DNA of 26,265 nt, taken from an uncultured Dehalococcoidaceae bacterium. Its GTDB lineage: Bacteria > Chloroflexota > Dehalococcoidia > Dehalococcoidales > RBG-16-60-22. Both the position numbers and the translations under genes were made by a program. The stretch is taken from the NCBI GenBank assembly GCA_964404475.1, contig CAYOKF010000002.1, positions 1 to 26,265 on the forward strand. The letters are read 5' to 3'. Positions 20,720-26,265 of the stretch are shown here, in pieces (the first letter of the stretch is position 1; each line of letters begins with the position of its first letter). The notes beneath the pieces were generated by a model. It ran no database searches. It was given only the letters and a program-made list of their open reading frames with translations, and had not been told where the DNA came from.

Positions 20720-22440
20720 TTCTCCTCCGTACCGATGATTTGGGCACCCATCTTCAGAACTGCCTCAACCAAGTGATTATCCTCTTTTTCACATACACAG
20801 CGTACACGGCAGGAGCGCCCCAGAAAGTGGCTGATGATTTGTTCAGCCATCTTCTGATTTTCAATTTTCTCCATATTTTCTTTGTGCAACGGGAATTTAA
20901 AGGATAGTACCAGCGTGTCTGCCTCCATGGTTTTGGGTTTGGCACTCCTGAGCAGGGCAGCGGCCGGAGTCCGGCCCAGGCCATCCGGAGCATCTTTGAT
21001 GAATTGCCGCCAGTTGGTTACCAGCCGGGCGATTTCGTCCGTTGTCCCGGTTTTCTCAAGCTGCTTATCCGTGTCTCTGGTTTCTGGCTCTGGTTCAAGA
21101 GAATTAGCTGGCTCGGTTTCTGTTGCCTCCGATTGTACTGCTGGCTCTGGTTGAACAGGACTAGATGGCGCGATTTCATTTGCTTCCTGTTGTTTTATTA
21201 ACGCAGTTTCAGTTTTGTTTGGTTGTTTTACTGGCTCAACCGCTTGCTTAACAGGTTCGGGGTTGGCTGGCTGCTGTTTGGGAGTGGGTATGGTGGATGG
21301 GATGGTCTCCTTGTTATCTTCTTTAGTTTTGACTTGACTGACTGGTTCATTCTCCTTTTCCTCCGGAGGAAGCGTGCATTCCACCAGGGCTAATTCCAGG
21401 GGTAGCGTGGAATAGTTGTTAAAGCCATTATCCAGACTGCTGAAGAGCTTGACCGCTTTCAGCAATTGGGGTAATGATGCTCGGGTAGCCAGTTCTTTTA
21501 TTTCAACTGTGTCTTCAGTGGTCAGGTCAATGGCTTCATCAGAGCCAGTTTTAATTAGCATCAGCAACCTCAGATACTCAACCAGCTCCCGGTTGAACTG
21601 GCGCAGGTCCAGCCCGTCATTATTAACGCTGTTGATGGTGGTGATGCCGGCAGAAACCTCATTATCTATGATATTTCTCACCAGCTCTTTGGCGCGCCAG
21701 TCGCCAGTAATACCCAGCAAGTTTTGCGCTTGCTGGAGTCCAATATCAGTACCGTAATATGTGGTCAGCTGTTGCAGCAGGTTCTCCGCGTCCCGCAGGC
21801 TGCCGGTGGTTGCCCTGGCAATTAGCCGCAGTGCTTCCGGCTCGATTTGAATGCCCTCAGTACTACAGATATGGGTAAGTTTGTCAACTACATCTGCCTG
21901 GGCAATGCGCCGGAAGTCAAAGCGCTGGCAGCGCGACATTATGGTGGGCAGGACTTTGTGGGACTCGGTTGTTGCCAGGATAAAGATAACCTGTGGCGGC
22001 GGTTCCTCCAGCGTTTTAAGCAGCGCATTAGAAGCGCTGTTACTCAGCATGTGCACTTCATCGATGATATAAACCTTATAGCGAGCCTGATTGGGGGCGT
22101 AGTTGACCTTCTCACGAAGGCTGCGGATATCATCAACACCGGTATTGCTGGCAGCATCAATTTCAATGACATCAATAGCGCTGCCATCGGTTATTGCCTG
22201 GCAGATGGCGCATGTATTGCATGGCTCGCCTTTGCCGTCATTAGTCAGGCAATTTACTGCTTTGGACAGAATACGTCCGGTGCTTGTCTTGCCGGTGCCA
22301 CGGGGACCACAAAACAGGTAAGCATGAGAGACGCGCTGGCTACCTAAGGCATTGAGTAGAGTCTGTGTTACTTGCTGCTGACCCACTACCTCAGCCAGGG
22401 TTTGAGGGCGCCACTTCCGATATAAGACCTGGGCAGTCAT
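20716..22440 (-). CDS. dnaX: DNA polymerase III subunit gamma/tau
   Basis: Motifs LYRKWRPQ, GPRGTGKTS, EIDAASNTGVDDIR, IIDEVHMLS, LLKTLEEPP and SRCQRF, followed by a Pro/Glu-rich linker and a C-terminal domain. Confidence 0.97.
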   Translation of the reverse strand: MTAQVLYRKWRPQTLAEVVGQQQVTQTLLNALGSQRVSHAYLFCGPRGTGKTSTGRILSKAVNCLTNDGKGEPCNTCAICQAITDGSAIDVIEIDAASNTGVDDIRSLREKVNYAPNQARYKVYIIDEVHMLSNSASNALLKTLEEPPPQVIFILATTESHKVLPTIMSRCQRFDFRRIAQADVVDKLTHICSTEGIQIEPEALRLIARATTGSLRDAENLLQQLTTYYGTDIGLQQAQNLLGITGDWRAKELVRNIIDNEVSAGITTINSVNNDGLDLRQFNRELVEYLRLLMLIKTGSDEAIDLTTEDTVEIKELATRASLPQLLKAVKLFSSLDNGFNNYSTLPLELALVECTLPPEEKENEPVSQVKTKEDNKETIPSTIPTPKQQPANPEPVKQAVEPVKQPNKTETALIKQQEANEIAPSSPVQPEPAVQSEATETEPANSLEPEPETRDTDKQLEKTGTTDEIARLVTNWRQFIKDAPDGLGRTPAAALLRSAKPKTMEADTLVLSFKFPLHKENMEKIENQKMAEQIISHFLGRSCRVRCVCEKEDNHLVEAVLKMGAQIIGTEEK

Positions 22441-22665
22441 TTCTTGCTTGTTATATTATACATTATATTTCGCCTTTGCTAAAGATATACTGGCGTGATT
22501 GCCGCTATAAATGTGAAATACAGGAACACTGGCATTAAAACTTGCCATAATACGGAAACGGATATCTTCAGAGCGGGAATACCAACAATTACCTGCCAAA
22601 GACCAGCAAAACTATGCCTTTACGGTAGGCAGAAAGGCCACTTAAAAGTTAATTACTCTGGTTAA

Positions 22666-23841
22666 TTACAGTAATGAGGGTATATCTTTAGCTGCGTCTT
22701 CGATTGCTCTCAGCTTAACTTCGGTTTCTTCCTGCCTCTGTCTGAAACGGGGAATAAGACCGCTTGACTGGAGATAATAGTCCCTCACCTTTTCCACATC
22801 GCTCAGCTCAGAAAGAAGTACCGTGACGTCAAGTATGCCTTTTTCTCTGGGGTAATCGCCATTCCTGATGATAGCCTCCGGCGCCAGGTCCCGCATATAG
22901 TCGCCCAGTTCCTTAACCATGTCCATATTCATTTCCTTGCTTGGACCGGAGACAAGGTAAAGGGCTCTCCTTGAATCTACCGGGCTACACTTGAGTGAGA
23001 GTTCACTGATGGCTTCATCCATGGCCTGAATGCCTTTCTGAATTTCCTGGCTCTTCTTGCGGAAGTCACTTCCCCAGTCTCGGGGAAATCTGATTAACGG
23101 AACTGATGCTTTACCATAACCAATCACCGTCCAGCCGACCAGTGTCTGGATAATATCACCGGCATCAAGGAGCTTGGCACCGATATATTTGGACTTTTTC
23201 TCTTCACCGGCACAGAGCACGTTATAGAATGGTTCAACCATCATTGCGTTTATTTTAGTTAAATTGTTGGCCAGAGATGAATCCTTTCTGACATATCTCT
23301 GGTTATCAACCAGAAAAACAGCATCTGCAACACTGTAGGCAGATTTAAGGCAGGTGGCGACGTTATAGACTGTCCTTTCCTCGGTGGTTTCTTCATGTTC
23401 AAAGGGGAGGACAATAAGATTGTAGACTGGTTTATCAACATAACGTTCTTTTATGGTTTGTGTTATTACGCCAATGGAACCAGAGCCGGTACCGCCCGCC
23501 GAAGAAGCAATGAGCAGGAAGGCGTCTGTTTCGAAGAAACGCTTGGTAGTTCTTATGGCATCAATTACCTTATCCGCATCATCTTTGGCAATCTCTGCTC
23601 CCAACTCGTTGATCTTCCCCACACCATGCCCACCGGTTTTACGGCCACCAATCAGGATCCGGTTACGATAGCCTTTTTTGATACTGGTCAGTCCACTGAG
23701 ATCAGCAGCATCACTATTAACCGCAAAGGTACCGGTGATTATATCGATCCCGCGCCGGCTATGGGCTCTCGCGTTCATACGGGAAAACTCGTCAGCAATC
23801 CTGCCGCCACATTGCCCTAAACCTACAACCACTAATTTCAT
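22666..23841 (-). CDS. Tubulin/FtsZ superfamily GTPase, CetZ-like rather than canonical FtsZ
   Basis: T1 loop GLGQCGGRIA, GHGVG, signature SSAGGTGSG, PVYNLIVLP, VDN, T7-equivalent LDAGDIIQTL and GDYP. SD GAGGTG. Confidence 0.88.
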   Translation of the reverse strand: MKLVVVGLGQCGGRIADEFSRMNARAHSRRGIDIITGTFAVNSDAADLSGLTSIKKGYRNRILIGGRKTGGHGVGKINELGAEIAKDDADKVIDAIRTTKRFFETDAFLLIASSAGGTGSGSIGVITQTIKERYVDKPVYNLIVLPFEHEETTEERTVYNVATCLKSAYSVADAVFLVDNQRYVRKDSSLANNLTKINAMMVEPFYNVLCAGEEKKSKYIGAKLLDAGDIIQTLVGWTVIGYGKASVPLIRFPRDWGSDFRKKSQEIQKGIQAMDEAISELSLKCSPVDSRRALYLVSGPSKEMNMDMVKELGDYMRDLAPEAIIRNGDYPREKGILDVTVLLSELSDVEKVRDYYLQSSGLIPRFRQRQEETEVKLRAIEDAAKDIPSLL

Positions 23842-23868
23842 TTTTTCACCTCAGAAGTATTGAGTTAG

Positions 23869-24011
23869 GCTATTTTTACCACAGTTACATGAAAATGTCA
23901 ATTCTTATGTTGGGAATAATATAGTACAATAGTGCTACAAAAAAATATATTAGTAGATACCTATGGTTATTGAAAATCTGGGTGTCCTATAATAGAATGA
24001 GTAAAAATAGC
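23869..24011. promoter_or_regulatory. Divergent promoter region with an inverted 11-bp GTAAAAATAGC box
   Basis: Minus strand: TTGACA (23901-23896), N17, TAAAAA with an upstream TG. Plus strand: TTGAAA (23970-23975), N17, TAGAAT (23993-23998). The box lies at 23869-23879 (-) and 24001-24011 (+). Confidence 0.5.
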
Positions 24012-24027
24012 AAGGGTGGTTTGGTAA

Positions 24028-26265
24028 TTGTCTGCTGAATTACGCGAGGATGTGGAAGGTAATATCGGGGCTTTTGAGAAAGCCGTAGCCAGGGCCGAAG
24101 TGCTAAGCAAAGCTGCACGCGAGGCGGCTGAGGTTTCAACGAAGGCTGCTCAAGATGCAATAAGGCGGGCGGAGAAAATAAGCCGTGAGTCTAAAGAGGC
24201 AGCCGAGGCGTCAGCACGGGCTGCGCAGGAAACGATAGACAGGGCTGAGAAAATAGCCAGGGAGGCTCAGGAATCCGCCTTGGCCGCTATAAAAACTGCG
24301 CAAGAAGCGGTAAGCCGTGCCGAGGAGGCGGCCAAAGCTCCAAAAGATACAGCCAAAGCAACGACCGCAGCCTTTCAGGAAGCAATAAAACGTGCTGAAG
24401 AAATAAGCAAGGAAGCTATGGAAGCGGCTGAGATTTCTCTGCGAACTTCTCAAGAAGGATTAGCCAATGTTGAGGAGATAAGCCAGGGAGCTAAAGAGGC
24501 GGCGGAGACAGCTAGAAAGGCTTCACAGGACGCGGTAAGAAGGGCCGATGAAGCGGGCAAGGCAGCCAAGGAAGCTTCCGAGGTATCGGTACGGGCCTCA
24601 CGGGAAGCGACCAACCGTGCTGAAAAGGCTAGCCGGGAAGCTAAAGTATCCAGTGATGAAGCCACTAAAGCTGCCCAGGAAGCAGCTAGCCGGGCGGAAA
24701 GAACAAGTAAAACGGTCAGGGAGTCAGCGGAGGCAGCGGCAAGGGCTGTCCAGGAATCAAGTAACCGCGCTGAAGCAACGAGCAAACTGGCTAGAGAAGT
24801 TGCTGACGCTTCGTTGAAGGCTTCTCAGGGTATAATCGCGCGTACGGAGCAGATAAGTAAAGAGTCAAAAGAAGCTGCCGAGACGTCAAGAAGAGAAAAC
24901 CGGGAGGCATTAAGCAAGATTGCAGAAGTAGAGAGAGAGACCAGGGAATCAACCGAATCATTGCTTAGGATGTCACAGGAATCTGTAGAGACAGCGAAGG
25001 GAGTTTCCCAAGAGGCAATAAAACGGGCTGAAGAGGTTGGCCAGGAAGCCAGAGAGTCAGCGGAAACATCCGCCAGGCTTTTCCAGGAGGAACTCGCCAG
25101 AATAGAAGAAATTAACCGGGAGACCAGGGAAGCAATCGAGGCATCATTAAAGGAATCTCAGGAAGCATCCGAAAAGTCAATTGAAGCCTCACGTGAAGCG
25201 ATAGAGAAATCAGCTGAGGCCTCACGTGAAGCGATGGAGAAATCAGCTGAGGCCTCACGTGAAGCGATGGAGAAATCAGCTGAGGCCTCACGTGAAGCGA
25301 TAGAGAAATCAGCTGAGGCCTCACGTGAAGCAACTGAAGAGACAGCTAGAACCTCGCGGGAGGCTAGCGAAGAAGCAGTTAAAGCCTCTCAGGAAGCAAT
25401 AGCACGGGCTGAAGAGATCGGTAGAGAGGCCAGGGAAATGACAGAAGCATCTACCAAGGAATTCCGGGAAGCAATCACCAGAGCCGAGGAGATAAATCGT
25501 GAGGTCAGGGAAAATACCGGCACGTTAGCTGAAACGGTAAGGGAGGCGATTGAATCAGTAGCCAGGGAATCTCAGGAAGCAATCGCGAATATGGAGGAAA
25601 TGAGTAAATCTGCCAGGGACAAAGCTGAAGAATCGGTGGGCGTGGTTAAGGAGGCGACTGAGGCAGCAGCCAGTGCTGCCCGGGAGGCGGCGGAGGAGGC
25701 GAACAGGGAATTCCAGGAGGCAATAAAGCGGACTGAAGAGATTAGCAATGAAGCGAGGCAGATGGCTGAGTCAGCTACCAGAGAAGCTGAAGAGATGATA
25801 GCTTCATTAAAGTTAGCCGCTGAGGAATCGGCTGATTCGACAATAAAAGCGACCAGAGAAGCGGCTGAAGCGGCGACAAAAGTCGCTCAGGAAGCGGCGA
25901 GGATGTCAATCAAAGCCTTTGAGGAAACGATAAGCCGGGCGGAGGCGACGGGTAAAATAGCGCGAGAGGTAGCCGAAACGTCATTCAAGTCTTTTGAAGA
26001 TATGATTAAGAAGGCTGTCGTGAAGGGTGAAGCCCCCGTAAAAGGTGGTGGCGAGCCGCCGGAGGAATTGCCTGAAAAAGAGGTGGACAGAGAAGTTAAA
26101 ATTACCAAAAAGGCTGATAAACCTTCCGAAGCATCGATTAGAGTGTTTAAGGATGCGATAAAGCGTACCGGCAAGGCTGAGCCGAAGGAAAATCAGCCAC
26201 TGGCGGGAGCAAAGGGGGAAATTGATGCCCGTTTGGAATTCTTAGCCAAAATGTATGAGGAAAAG
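24028..26265 (+). CDS. Giant Ala/Glu/Arg/Ser-rich coiled-coil repeat protein, at least 746 aa, 3'-truncated and absent from the ORF track
   Basis: I translated frame +1 by hand. TTG at 24028 follows an in-frame TAA, and there is no stop up to 26265 (MSAELREDVEGNIGAFEKAVARAEVL...EIDARLEFLAKMYEEK). It is built of 25-aa and 11-aa modules, with no signal peptide or TM segment. Confidence 0.9.
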   Translation, partial: MSAELREDVEGNIGAFEKAVARAEVLSKAAREAAEVSTKAAQDAIRRAEKISRESKEAAEASARAAQETIDRAEKIAREAQESALAAIKTAQEAVSRAEEAAKAPKDTAKATTAAFQEAIKRAEEISKEAMEAAEISLRTSQEGLANVEEISQGAKEAAETARKASQDAVRRADEAGKAAKEASEVSVRASREATNRAEKASREAKVSSDEATKAAQEAASRAERTSKTVRESAEAAARAVQESSNRAEATSKLAREVADASLKASQGIIARTEQISKESKEAAETSRRENREALSKIAEVERETRESTESLLRMSQESVETAKGVSQEAIKRAEEVGQEARESAETSARLFQEELARIEEINRETREAIEASLKESQEASEKSIEASREAIEKSAEASREAMEKSAEASREAMEKSAEASREAIEKSAEASREATEETARTSREASEEAVKASQEAIARAEEIGREAREMTEASTKEFREAITRAEEINREVRENTGTLAETVREAIESVARESQEAIANMEEMSKSARDKAEESVGVVKEATEAAASAAREAAEEANREFQEAIKRTEEISNEARQMAESATREAEEMIASLKLAAEESADSTIKATREAAEAATKVAQEAARMSIKAFEETISRAEATGKIAREVAETSFKSFEDMIKKAVVKGEAPVKGGGEPPEELPEKEVDREVKITKKADKPSEASIRVFKDAIKRTGKAEPKENQPLAGAKGEIDARLEFLAKMYEEK
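24076..25995 (+). repeat. Degenerate modular repeat array: 19 x 75-bp (25-aa) and 15 x 33-bp (11-aa) units
   Basis: The motif (Q/R)EAI.RAEEI recurs every 75 nt at 24076, 24151, ... 24901, then at 25009, 25084, 25390, 25465, 25573, 25714 and 25921. The gaps between these are exact multiples of 33 nt. Confidence 0.85.
25183..25331 (+). repeat. Near-perfect 33-bp tandem repeat, about 4.5 copies (EASREA[I/M]EKSA)
   Basis: Unit GAGGCCTCACGTGAAGCGAT[A/G]GAGAAATCAGCT at 25183, 25216, 25249, 25282 and a partial copy at 25315. Confidence 0.95.

Noticed and set aside
21000-21370. Pro/Glu/Thr-rich stretch in dnaX as a novel insert or a gamma-generating frameshift site
   Set aside because: Variable low-complexity linkers are normal in DnaX, and I did not see an A-AAA-AAG slippery site with a downstream hairpin.
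22441-22665. SRP RNA (ffs) or a tRNA upstream of dnaX, as in many bacteria
   Set aside because: I found no SRP helix-8 motif or cloverleaf, only a weak 5-bp hairpin at 22615-22631.
25183-25331. 33-bp repeats as a CRISPR array
   Set aside because: The units are contiguous with no spacers, they are in frame within a long CDS, and there are no cas genes.
24211-26174. Track ORFs at 24211-24453, 24450-24785, 24548-24817, 25112-25333 and 25887-26174, including the repetitive LHVRPQLIS peptide
   Set aside because: These are antisense or off-frame shadows of the stop-free frame +1 coiled-coil gene.

Overview
A mostly housekeeping bacterial chromosome segment of about 50% GC. The gene repertoire and protein style suggest Dehalococcoidia (Chloroflexota); this is an inference and no search was run. 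Gene order: 5'-truncated acs, an acetate channel (SatP family), then atpA-atpG-atpD-atpC with no atpH or F0 genes in front; khpA-rpsP (-); nfi, prfB (programmed +1 frameshift) and an MA-clan peptidase; a small Zn-ribbon gene (-); radC; cysteine synthase (-); an orphan family-5 ABC substrate-binding protein; an AT-rich islet of about 0.85 kb at the 3' end of tRNA-Ser(UGA); then on the minus strand serS, DUF3795, lysS, recO, recR, ebfC and dnaX. The most striking part is the right end. An archaeal CetZ-like tubulin-superfamily GTPase (22666-23841, -) is divergently transcribed from an ORF of at least 746 codons that the supplied track missed because it has no stop in the window (24028->26265, +). 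That ORF encodes a 640-residue in-register coiled coil built only from 25-aa and 11-aa modules. The two promoters share an inverted 11-bp box. I propose this pair as a candidate cytoskeletal or cell-shape module. The second oddity is the F1-only ATPase cluster placed directly behind the acetate activation and uptake genes.
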